Below are positions 19,823-28,367 of a stretch of 32,000 nt of DNA, piece after piece. The notes beneath the pieces are model-generated. The model saw nothing but the letters and a program-made list of their open reading frames with translations, ran no database searches and had not been told where the DNA came from. Positions within the stretch are counted from its first letter, which is position 1. Every line of letters starts with the position of its first letter. This DNA comes from Idiomarina loihiensis L2TR. GTDB taxonomy: Bacteria; Pseudomonadota; Gammaproteobacteria; Enterobacterales; Alteromonadaceae. The position numbers and the translations under genes were made by a program. The stretch is from the NCBI RefSeq assembly GCF_000008465.1, contig NC_006512.1, positions 1,530,001 to 1,562,000 of the forward strand, in the 5' to 3' direction.

Positions 19823-19903
19823 AATAATCACCTGAATTTGGTTGCCAGAATCTTTTTAACTGTAGTTTATATTTACAATAAATAGACAATTATTTACACA
19901 TTA

Positions 19904-21244
19904 TTAACGCAATATTCTGTCGTGCAAAGTGCGGATTACATTCTCGCCTTCATTGTCTGCGACAAGAAAGCATAAGTTATGTTCGCTGGCTCCCTGACAT
20001 ATGAGCCTCACTGCATAATCATTAACGGTGTTAAAAGTCAGCTGACTAATGTGTGCATCTCGCCCAATGCCGTTACCAATAATAGCAACAAGAGATAGAC
20101 CTGTTTCCACTTCAACCCGACAAAATTGCTCCAGTTCTTCCAGGGCTGCTGCCGGTAATAAAGCCTGCCCATTCGCTGCACTGCCGCCTTCATCCAGAGT
20201 TAACGCAATGCTAACTTCTGAGGTGGTAACCAAATCAACACTCACGTTATACCGAGCCAGTATTTCAAAAAGCCTTGCGAGGAAGCCGCTTGCATGCAAC
20301 ATATTCAGGCTATGAACAGTCACTAAAGTCTGGTCACGGCGCAGCGCAATAGCGCGAACATCGGGCCGGCTTGTCGGACTGGCAGAAATATAGGTCCCAC
20401 CAGAAAGCGCATCCTGACTGTTACCGATAAATACGCGAATGTCGTTTTTTATTGCCGGAGCCAGGCTTGATGGGTGCAATATTTTTGCCCCAAAGGTGGC
20501 CAGCTCCGCTGCTTCAGAAAAGCTCATTTCCGCTATAGCACGTGCACTGGGGCAGATTCGGGGATCGGTAGTATAAATGCCCGCAACATCGGTCCAAATT
20601 TGTAAATCCGTTGCATTAAAGCCTGCCGCTAAAAGCGCCGCACTGTAGTCACTTCCACCGCGGCCCAGAGTCGTTGTCTGGTTATTTTCATCAGAACCAA
20701 TAAATCCCTGAGTTACCCGCACACATCCGGACTCAAGCTTTTGTTTCTGCTCCAGACAATGAGATTTTGTAGTCACTTCATCTGGCTGAGCACGACCAAA
20801 ATCACTGTTGGTTTTAAGTAGCTGCCGGGCATCAAGAGTACTGGAACACAGTCCCTGCTCAACAAGTAATGAGGAAAATAGCAGACTGGAGCATCGTTCA
20901 CCGAAGCTCAGCAACTCATCTCGCCATGAAGCTTGGTCTTCTGTAGTTTTTTGGCAATGAAGCGCGAGTTTATGGTGCAGTTGCTCTAATGATTTTTGCA
21001 CCTGGCTGGCATTTTTGAGCCTTTTCTGAATAGCGAAATGAATCTCGTAGATCTCATTTAATAGCTTTTCTATCTGCCTTCCCTGCAGGTCTGCTATCGC
21101 GACTAATCGATTAGTCACACCCGCACAGGCACTAACAACTACCAGACGGATAGATGAATTACTTTGAATAATTTCAGCACAACGGAGCATTGAAGCGTAA
21201 TCAGCGACGCTTGTACCTCCGAACTTTGCAACGGTAAAAGTCAC
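19904..21244 (-). CDS. lysC: Lysine-sensitive aspartate kinase
   Basis: GTG start. N-terminal VAKFGGTSVAD kinase motif with C-terminal ACT-like regions. Preceded by a lysine riboswitch. Confidence 0.9.
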   Translation of the reverse strand: MTFTVAKFGGTSVADYASMLRCAEIIQSNSSIRLVVVSACAGVTNRLVAIADLQGRQIEKLLNEIYEIHFAIQKRLKNASQVQKSLEQLHHKLALHCQKTTEDQASWRDELLSFGERCSSLLFSSLLVEQGLCSSTLDARQLLKTNSDFGRAQPDEVTTKSHCLEQKQKLESGCVRVTQGFIGSDENNQTTTLGRGGSDYSAALLAAGFNATDLQIWTDVAGIYTTDPRICPSARAIAEMSFSEAAELATFGAKILHPSSLAPAIKNDIRVFIGNSQDALSGGTYISASPTSRPDVRAIALRRDQTLVTVHSLNMLHASGFLARLFEILARYNVSVDLVTTSEVSIALTLDEGGSAANGQALLPAAALEELEQFCRVEVETGLSLVAIIGNGIGRDAHISQLTFNTVNDYAVRLICQGASEHNLCFLVADNEGENVIRTLHDRILR

Positions 21245-21248
21245 AGTT

Positions 21249-21283
21249 TTCTCCCGAACAAAACAACAAAAGTGTTCGGAGAA
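21249..21283 (-). promoter_or_regulatory. Expression-platform hairpin sequestering the lysC Shine-Dalgarno
   Basis: On the - strand, UUCUCCGAAC-N14-GUUCGGGAGAA forms a 10-bp stem with one bulge. The 3' arm contains GGGAGAA, located 5 nt upstream of the GTG start. Confidence 0.55.
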
Positions 21284-21339
21284 CTTAGGCTTTGCAGAAA
21301 AAATAACAGTAGCTGGATTTAGCCACTAAAGGGGATGCA

Positions 21340-21516
21340 AACACCAGAAGCTCTCCACCTGAAAGGTGACAGTTGCGGGTGTTCAAACCCTGCAACCGGC
21401 AACATTGCGCCAAAATGACAATATTACCTCGGCGTGACATCCCCTCTCTTTCGACTTAACTCTGGCTTTGGCGGCCTAAGCTCAAAAGTCCCTGATGTAC
21501 GCACCTCTTCTCGGCC
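21340..21516 (-). promoter_or_regulatory. Lysine riboswitch (L-box) in the lysC leader
   Basis: The - strand RNA contains the conserved blocks GAGAGGUGCG, GAAAGAGAGGGGAUGUCACGCCGAGG, CUGUCACC and GGUGGAGAGCUUCUGG, in the same order as the E. coli and B. subtilis lysC L-box as I recall them. The position upstream of lysC is the canonical one. Confidence 0.85.
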
Positions 21517-21519
21517 TGA

Positions 21520-21549
21520 ATTAGACCACGCCCAATAAAGCGTGGTCAA
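21520..21549 (-). promoter_or_regulatory. Candidate sigma70 promoter for the lysC leader
   Basis: On the - strand: TTGACC (21544-21549), an 18-nt spacer, then TCTAAT (21520-21525), ending about 5-10 nt before the first conserved riboswitch block. The spacer contains the palindrome GACCACGC-N8-GCGTGGTC, which could alternatively act as the adh terminator. Confidence 0.35.
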
Positions 21550-21561
21550 TTCATTTGCGAT

Positions 21562-22611
21562 TTAAGACTGTTTTAACGTGTCCATATCAATAACGAAACG
21601 GTATTTAACATCACCTTTTTTCATCCGCACAAAGGCTTCATTAATATTCTGGATATCAAGCATTTCCACGTCACAGTGAATGTTGTGCTCCGCACAAAAA
21701 TCCAGCATTTCCTGAGTTTCAGGAATACCGCCAATTAAAGACCCTGCCAACACCCGGCGTTTCATGACCAGAGCTCCTGCTTGCAACGCTGGGTCTACAG
21801 GTTCCAGTAAACCGACCAGAATATGAGTGCCATCAACTTTAAGACAGTTAATATAAGGGTTTAAATCATGTTGCACCGGTACGGTATCCAACAAGAAATC
21901 AAAAGTCTCAGCGGCCGCTTCCATTTGCTCATCGTCGGTTGAGATGATGACATTGTCTGCGCCCTGCCGTTTTGCTTCAGCAACTTTGCTTTCCGAACGG
22001 GTGAAGATAGTGACTTCGGCACCCATGGCTTTGGCGAACTTGACGCCCATGTGACCCAGGCCACCCATGCCAATAACGCCCACTTTATGCCCTTCTTTTA
22101 CACCAAAGTGACGCAGCGGAGAGTAAGTGGTAATGCCCGCACACAATAACGGCGCCGCTTTTGCCGGATCGAGTTTTTCCGGCACCCGCACCACAAAACG
22201 ATCACTGACCACTATCTTTTCTGAGTAGCCGCCGTAAGTCACACTTTTATCGTGCAAGTCTTCACCGTTGTATGTTGGAACCATTCCATTCAGACAGTAC
22301 TGCTCCAGCCCCTGCTCACATGAAGAGCATTCGCGACAAGAGTCAACCATGCAACCAACCCCAACCGAGTCTCCTACTTTAAACCCCTTCACGTTGTCAC
22401 CGACAGCCGTGACTTTTCCGATAATCTCGTGCCCCGGCACGACCGGATAAATGGTTCCACCCCAGTCGTTTTCTGCATAATGAATATCGGTATGGCATAC
22501 GCCACAGTAAGTGATATCAATAGCAACATCGTCGCTACGCAGCTCACGACGTTCTATTGGGTGAGGCGCTAACTCAGAAGTTTCCGATTGTGCGGCATAG
22601 GCTTTGGTCAT
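21562..22611 (-). CDS. Zinc-dependent NAD(P)-alcohol dehydrogenase (MDR family, YahK/cinnamyl-ADH-like)
   Basis: Motifs GVCHTD, GHEIIG, a structural-zinc Cys cluster (CRECSSCEQGLEQYC) and the Rossmann motif GMGGLGHMG. 349 aa. Confidence 0.88.
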   Translation of the reverse strand: MTKAYAAQSETSELAPHPIERRELRSDDVAIDITYCGVCHTDIHYAENDWGGTIYPVVPGHEIIGKVTAVGDNVKGFKVGDSVGVGCMVDSCRECSSCEQGLEQYCLNGMVPTYNGEDLHDKSVTYGGYSEKIVVSDRFVVRVPEKLDPAKAAPLLCAGITTYSPLRHFGVKEGHKVGVIGMGGLGHMGVKFAKAMGAEVTIFTRSESKVAEAKRQGADNVIISTDDEQMEAAAETFDFLLDTVPVQHDLNPYINCLKVDGTHILVGLLEPVDPALQAGALVMKRRVLAGSLIGGIPETQEMLDFCAEHNIHCDVEMLDIQNINEAFVRMKKGDVKYRFVIDMDTLKQS

Positions 22612-22747
22612 TTGTTGCTCCTTTCATTTGATTTATCACACTAATGTACTCATCAATTCATTTTTTAGATTGTAGTCCTTTTGAGTTATTGCAACCCAGT
22701 CAGGGACAACATACCATTCAAAAATGCTGTTCAATAATTGAAGACCT

Positions 22748-25660
22748 ATGAAGTATCACTTTTCCTTACTGCTGGTTACCCTGTTTCTGTCTCTGAAGGT
22801 ATCAGTGGCGGCAGCTTTTGTTGATGAAAATAGTGCAGAAAATGAAATACGTCCACTGAGCGACTATTTGATTCGACACTGGGAAACCCGCGATGGTTTG
22901 CCTCACAACTCTATCAACGAAATTATTCAAGATGATAAAGGCTATTTATGGTTTGCTACCTGGCAGGGGCCGACCCGCTTTAACGGCCGTCGTTTTGACA
23001 TCTATGATAATTTACGCGAGACCGGATTACCCGATATAGGTATGTACACCTTAGCCTATAGCCCTTGCGATGGCAGCGTTTATGTTGCCGGTAACCGCGG
23101 CGGTATTGCCCGTTTTTATGATGGCCACTGGCAAACGCTTCAGTCAGCTCCTCCTTTTGTCAACGATTTAGCCATTGATAGAAACTGTAATCTCTGGGTC
23201 TCCACCTCAACGCTTGGCATACTTGTTTATAAAAATAATGAACGTATTGCTCAGTTCACCACCGAACATGGTTTAGATTCTATGTTCATTTTTGACTCTT
23301 TTGTTGATTCCGATGGAAACCTATGGGCCGCAACAAATAAAGGTTTGCAGGTTAAAAAGGCGGGTAAATCGAAGTTTATCGATATAACAACGATTCCAGA
23401 GGACGTTATCATCACTTTATTCGAGTTAAACGATAACCGTTTACTCGTCGGTACAGAGAAAGGCCTTTATAAACAGGTTAATGATACCGAGTTTGAACCT
23501 TTTAAACCTGAAATTGACAGCAGAATAAGCACTATTTTCCAGACTGCCGACGACCAAATTTGGTTAGGAACCTATCAGGATGGACTGCTAAGAATAAATC
23601 AATCGGGTATCGAAAGACTTAGCACTAAACAGGGCTTACCTAATAACCACGTACTCGACATTATTCAAGACAAAGAAGGCAGCTTTTGGGTAGCAACACA
23701 CGGCGGTCTAGTGCAGTTCAGAGACTCCTTATTTGCCTCTTATACGACTAAAAATGGCCTTACAGGAGACTACGTCAGAGCAATAGCTGAAAATAAGGAT
23801 GGCGCAATTATTGTAGGCTCCAGTGTTGGAGTATCTGTTATTGATGAATTCGATATCTCTCCGCTGGCTGCAGACACCCTATTAAGCAATTTGTCCGTAT
23901 TGTCTCTGGCTTATGACGATGAGCAAAAACTCTACATTGGCAGTTACACCGACGGTCTTTATATCTGGGATGGGGAAAACATTACCAGACATTTCACTAG
24001 TGATGGCTTGCTCCAATCAAATGAAGTGCGGCAAATTGCAGTCGATGAGCAACTCGGAATTTTTCTAGCCACACCAAATGGCGTCACCCATTTGTATCAA
24101 AATACGCAAAGCACTTGGGTATCGCAGCATATCCCTTTAGAAGATGTACTGTCTAATGACTTTGTCATGGCACTGTATTTGGATAAGAACGAAAAACTTT
24201 GGGTCAGCTCCGGCGCCGGTGTCGCTCAAATAGAAATTGTCGCCAAAGAAGAGGGTTTTAATTATCAAATAACCCCCATTGACTTAACTCACCTTAATAA
24301 TGCGCAACTCGCTTTTCATATTACGGAACGGGGCGACTACCTCTGGCTTGCAACCGACCGTGGACTTATTGTTCACAATATCAATAAGAATAGTTGGCAA
24401 ATTTTTAATCGTGACACAGGGCTTCCTTTCGATAATTTTATGTCCGTTGCTTTTGACGGCGATGGGAACCTTTGGCTTGGTTCAAGCCGGGGGCCTATCA
24501 TGGTGGAACACGACTCATTTACAGAGGTTTTAAACGGGCAAGCAGACACACTCGACTTTCAGCGCTATACCGAAGTTGATGGTCTTGAAAGTGCTCAAAT
24601 TAATACGGGCGGCCCTTCAATTCTCGAAAGTTCCGATGGACGCATCTGGCTGGCGACAAGCAAAGGTATTTCGGTCGTCGACCCAAATACCATCACCGAA
24701 ATTGGTAACCTCCCTCCGGAAGTCAATATTGAATCGGTAAAAGCAGACAATGAACCGGTCATTTTTGGCGAAGAGTTGAGCGCAGATACTGATCGTATTG
24801 TATTTGAGTTTGTTGCTCCCGGTTACCTTATGGCTGAACACATTGATTATCAGGTACGCTTAGAAGGTTTTGACGAAGACTGGGTGGATAAAAACTCATT
24901 CAATTCAGTTGAATACACGACTTTGCCGGCCAAAGACTATGTTTTTCAGGTAAGAGCAAGATACCCCGGAGGCCAGTGGAGTCAGCCCGACTATTTTTCA
25001 TTTCGGCAGTCCGCTCATTTTTGGATGCAACCCTGGTTCTGGATTATTGCCTCTTTAATCACTGCCCTGCTGGTTCTGGTTATCGTTCGAGCGCGCCTTA
25101 ATCAATACAACAGAACCCGTTTGCAACTCGAACAAATGGTCAAAGAGAAAACCGCCGACCTGGAAACCATGGCTCGACAAGATCCCTTAACTAACCTGGG
25201 GAACCGCCGAGCCTTTGATGAGCGGTTGCAGCATGAACTTAATCGTTGTCGCCGCGACGGAACCTATTTAAGCCTGGCTATTATTGATGTCGATTATTTT
25301 AAAGAGGTTAATGACCGCTATTTGCATACTATCGGTGATAAAGTGCTTATTCGTCTGGCCGAAATTTTAAATGATGAAATACGCGACATAGACTACGTTG
25401 CCCGCTGGGGTGGCGAAGAATTTGCGGTTCTCATTACCAACTCTGAACTGGAAATTGCCAGAGAAGCCAGTGAGAGAATGCGCGAACGTATTGCTACAAC
25501 CCTCTTTGATGACTTGGTTGAAGATATGAAGATTACCGTTAGTATTGGCGTAGCCAGCAGCTACGACTATGCTGACCATTCAAGTTTACTAGTTGCGGCA
25601 GATAAAGCTCTGTACCAGGCCAAGAGTGAAGGCCGCAACCGTGTGGAGTCAAAACCATGA
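22748..25660 (+). CDS. Membrane-bound diguanylate cyclase with periplasmic two-component-regulator-propeller repeats and Y_Y_Y domain
   Basis: - N-terminal signal/TM segment.
- About 13-14 propeller-blade repeats of the form LW(V/A/L)xTxxG(L/I).
- Y_Y_Y-like segment (YQVRLEGFDEDW...YVFQVRARY).
- TM helix (WFWIIASLITALLVLVIV).
- GGDEF domain with an intact GGEEF (25409-25423) and an RxxD I-site (RDID, 25382-25393). Confidence 0.88.
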   Translation: MKYHFSLLLVTLFLSLKVSVAAAFVDENSAENEIRPLSDYLIRHWETRDGLPHNSINEIIQDDKGYLWFATWQGPTRFNGRRFDIYDNLRETGLPDIGMYTLAYSPCDGSVYVAGNRGGIARFYDGHWQTLQSAPPFVNDLAIDRNCNLWVSTSTLGILVYKNNERIAQFTTEHGLDSMFIFDSFVDSDGNLWAATNKGLQVKKAGKSKFIDITTIPEDVIITLFELNDNRLLVGTEKGLYKQVNDTEFEPFKPEIDSRISTIFQTADDQIWLGTYQDGLLRINQSGIERLSTKQGLPNNHVLDIIQDKEGSFWVATHGGLVQFRDSLFASYTTKNGLTGDYVRAIAENKDGAIIVGSSVGVSVIDEFDISPLAADTLLSNLSVLSLAYDDEQKLYIGSYTDGLYIWDGENITRHFTSDGLLQSNEVRQIAVDEQLGIFLATPNGVTHLYQNTQSTWVSQHIPLEDVLSNDFVMALYLDKNEKLWVSSGAGVAQIEIVAKEEGFNYQITPIDLTHLNNAQLAFHITERGDYLWLATDRGLIVHNINKNSWQIFNRDTGLPFDNFMSVAFDGDGNLWLGSSRGPIMVEHDSFTEVLNGQADTLDFQRYTEVDGLESAQINTGGPSILESSDGRIWLATSKGISVVDPNTITEIGNLPPEVNIESVKADNEPVIFGEELSADTDRIVFEFVAPGYLMAEHIDYQVRLEGFDEDWVDKNSFNSVEYTTLPAKDYVFQVRARYPGGQWSQPDYFSFRQSAHFWMQPWFWIIASLITALLVLVIVRARLNQYNRTRLQLEQMVKEKTADLETMARQDPLTNLGNRRAFDERLQHELNRCRRDGTYLSLAIIDVDYFKEVNDRYLHTIGDKVLIRLAEILNDEIRDIDYVARWGGEEFAVLITNSELEIAREASERMRERIATTLFDDLVEDMKITVSIGVASSYDYADHSSLLVAADKALYQAKSEGRNRVESKP

Positions 25661-26535
25661 TTGAAGAAGTAGAGAAAATTCAGGTTAAGGCGTTTTTAGA
25701 TAACGACAGCGAAACTTTCAGCTATGTAGTTTACGATTCAGAAAGTAAAGACGCCATTGTTATTGATCCGGTACTCGACTTTGACTATGCCTCCGGGAAA
25801 ACCTATACCGAAGGTGCTAACCGTATTATCAAGTTTGTAAAAAACAATAAGCTTAATGTTGCTTGGTTATTAGAAACTCACGCTCATGCTGATCACTTAA
25901 GCTCGGCGCCTTATTTAAAAGAACATCTTCAGGCACCTATTGCTATTGGTGAACACATTACAGAAGTACAGAAAACGTTTAAGCAGGTTTATAACCTGGA
26001 TAAAGAGTTTCTCCCTAACGGCGAGCATTTTGACAAACTTCTGCAAGACGGTGAAACCTTTCACCTTGGGTCAATGACAATTCGGGTGATACATACACCG
26101 GGACACACACCCGCAGATATCGCCTACGTAATTAATGAAAACAAAGTGTTTGTCGGCGACACACTTTTTAACCCCGATGTTGGCACTGCCCGATGTGATT
26201 TTCCGGGTGGCAGTGCTAATACCCTCTATCGTTCTATTCAGAAATTATTTGAACTGGAAGACACCACCGAAGTGTATATTTGCCACGACTACCCGCCGGA
26301 AGAACGTCAGCATCAATGTAAAACGACGGTAGCGGATCAAAAGCAAAATAACATTCATGTCGGCGGCAAAGCCACTGAAGACCAGTTTGTGAAATGGCGT
26401 GAAGAACGTGACGCGACGCTAAATATGCCCCGACTCATTATCCCGTCAATTCAGGTAAACATTCGCGCCGGACAGCTTCCACCGGCAGAAGATAACGGCA
26501 CTGTTTATCTGAAGGTTCCACTGAATCGCTTGTAA
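25657..26535 (+). CDS. MBL-fold metallo-hydrolase, ETHE1/persulfide-dioxygenase-like (type II PDO-like)
   Basis: Motifs ETHAHADH, HTPGHTP, FVGDTLF and GTARCDFPGGSANTLYRSI, and a conserved C-terminal ...LPPAEDNGTVYLKVPLN. The pattern and 292-aa size resemble proteobacterial persulfide dioxygenases, recognised from memory. The start overlaps the cyclase stop (ATGA). Confidence 0.7.
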   Translation: MIEEVEKIQVKAFLDNDSETFSYVVYDSESKDAIVIDPVLDFDYASGKTYTEGANRIIKFVKNNKLNVAWLLETHAHADHLSSAPYLKEHLQAPIAIGEHITEVQKTFKQVYNLDKEFLPNGEHFDKLLQDGETFHLGSMTIRVIHTPGHTPADIAYVINENKVFVGDTLFNPDVGTARCDFPGGSANTLYRSIQKLFELEDTTEVYICHDYPPEERQHQCKTTVADQKQNNIHVGGKATEDQFVKWREERDATLNMPRLIIPSIQVNIRAGQLPPAEDNGTVYLKVPLNRL

Positions 26536-26551
26536 TCAGCAGGTATTTAAC

Positions 26552-28366
26552 ATGATAAAGAAAACCACTCTCGCTATTTCATTGTCGCTGCTTATGGCCG
26601 GTTGTGGCCAACCCCAGCAAGCAGGACAAAACGCTGAATCACAAAAGAGTACAATCAAACAAACGTCTCAAACAGAGCAGTTAAAAGAGATTTATAACAA
26701 CTACTTTGATGAACAACTGCAGCTAAACCCTTTATTAGCTACTTACATTGGTGATGACCGCTACAATGACCAGTTACCTAATTTTTATTCTGAAATTCAC
26801 CGGACTAGCTCTCTCCAGTTAGAAACTCGCTATCTAGAGCAAGTTAAGAAGATAAACGCAGAGCAATTACCACGCGCTGAAAGAATCAGCTACGAAATCT
26901 TTAAACGTAACCGCGAGTTAGCCATTGAGGGAGCTCAATACCCTGACCACCTGATACCTATTAACCAGTTTTATAATATAGCCGGACAACTTGCGATGCT
27001 GGCATCAGGTACTTCAGCACAACCTTTTGATACAGCCGAAGATTATCGTGCCTGGGCCAGTCGCATGGAGAAAATCCCAAGACTGTTTGATCAGGCCATT
27101 GAGAACATGAAAAAAGGCGTTGAACAGGATATTGTTCAACCCCGGGTGTTAATTGAAAAAGCCATTCCTCAAATTGAGGCTCAAATTACAGAGGATGTCA
27201 CCGAGAGTATTTTCTGGCGACCTGTTGCTGAGTTACCAGACGACATTGCAGACACCGATGCCGAGGCTATTCGTAAACAGTACCGCGACATTATTACCAA
27301 TACGGTCATCCCCGCTTACCAGAAGCTGAGCGATTACCTGAGTAACGAGTACTTGCCGGAAACTCGCACCGAGAGCTTTGGTCTGGGGCAACTCCCCGGC
27401 GGCAAGGGCTGGTATGACTATCAAATAAAAGCCAATACATCGACAGAGCTCAGTGCTGATCGCATCCATAAAATAGGTAAAGACGAAGTTTCCCGTATTC
27501 ATGATGAAATGCGCGATATTATGGAAGAAACGGAATTTGAAGGCGATTTACAGTCGTTCTTCGATTTCATGACCAACGACGAGCAATTCATTTACGAAAG
27601 CAGAAATGAAATGCTGGAGGATTACCGTTCTTTACGCGGTTCCGTTGATAATACCGTGGATAAATTGTTTGATATCTTCCCTCAAGCCGAATACGAAATT
27701 CGTAAAGTTGAAGAGTTTCGCGAACAATCGGCGAGCTCAGGGTCTTATCAGGCAGCCCCTACAGATAATTCACGTCCGGCCATTTTCTACCTGAACACTT
27801 ACGACTTATCGTCTCGTCCCAGTTGGGCTAAAACCGCGCTGTTTCTGCACGAAGCCGCTCCAGGACACCACTTCCAGATTTCGATACAACAAGAACTGGA
27901 AGACTTACCCAAGTTTCGTAAGTTTGGCCGGGAAACTGCCTATACCGAGGGCTGGGGGCTTTATTCCGAATCTTTGGGCTACGACATGGGACTTTATAAT
28001 GACCCATACCAACGTTTTGGTCAGCTTGCGGCCGAACTCTGGCGCTCTATTCGGCTAGTAGTGGATACCGGTATTCATTCAAAAGGCTGGAGCCGTCAGC
28101 AGGTATTGGATTACATGTACGACAACGCACCGGTAGCCGAAGCAAGAGCGGTGTCTGAGGCAGAACGTTTTATGGCACTGCCGGGACAAGCGCTGGCTTA
28201 CAAAATTGGGCAGCTAAAAATTAGTGAATTGCGTCGCGACGCAGAGAGAAAGCTCGGTGAGAACTTTGATATAAAAGCCTTCCACCGAGTGGTACTAGAG
28301 GACGGAGCTGTTCCGCTTACCGTACTTGAGCGTAAAGTGAAACGTTGGGTTGCCCAACAACTATAA
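26552..28366 (+). CDS. DUF885-family lipoprotein
   Basis: Lipobox LLMAG-C, then a conserved DUF885-type segment LFLHEAAPGHHFQ and EGWGLYSE. 604 aa. The start is 16 nt after the MBL gene. Confidence 0.78.
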   Translation: MIKKTTLAISLSLLMAGCGQPQQAGQNAESQKSTIKQTSQTEQLKEIYNNYFDEQLQLNPLLATYIGDDRYNDQLPNFYSEIHRTSSLQLETRYLEQVKKINAEQLPRAERISYEIFKRNRELAIEGAQYPDHLIPINQFYNIAGQLAMLASGTSAQPFDTAEDYRAWASRMEKIPRLFDQAIENMKKGVEQDIVQPRVLIEKAIPQIEAQITEDVTESIFWRPVAELPDDIADTDAEAIRKQYRDIITNTVIPAYQKLSDYLSNEYLPETRTESFGLGQLPGGKGWYDYQIKANTSTELSADRIHKIGKDEVSRIHDEMRDIMEETEFEGDLQSFFDFMTNDEQFIYESRNEMLEDYRSLRGSVDNTVDKLFDIFPQAEYEIRKVEEFREQSASSGSYQAAPTDNSRPAIFYLNTYDLSSRPSWAKTALFLHEAAPGHHFQISIQQELEDLPKFRKFGRETAYTEGWGLYSESLGYDMGLYNDPYQRFGQLAAELWRSIRLVVDTGIHSKGWSRQQVLDYMYDNAPVAEARAVSEAERFMALPGQALAYKIGQLKISELRRDAERKLGENFDIKAFHRVVLEDGAVPLTVLERKVKRWVAQQL

Positions 28367-28367
28367 G

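Noticed and set aside
21525-21548. Palindrome GACCACGC-N8-GCGTGGTC as a dedicated adh terminator
   Set aside because: It is not followed by a T-run on the - strand and lies exactly in the spacer of the best lysC promoter candidate. I kept it as an ambiguous note rather than a terminator feature.
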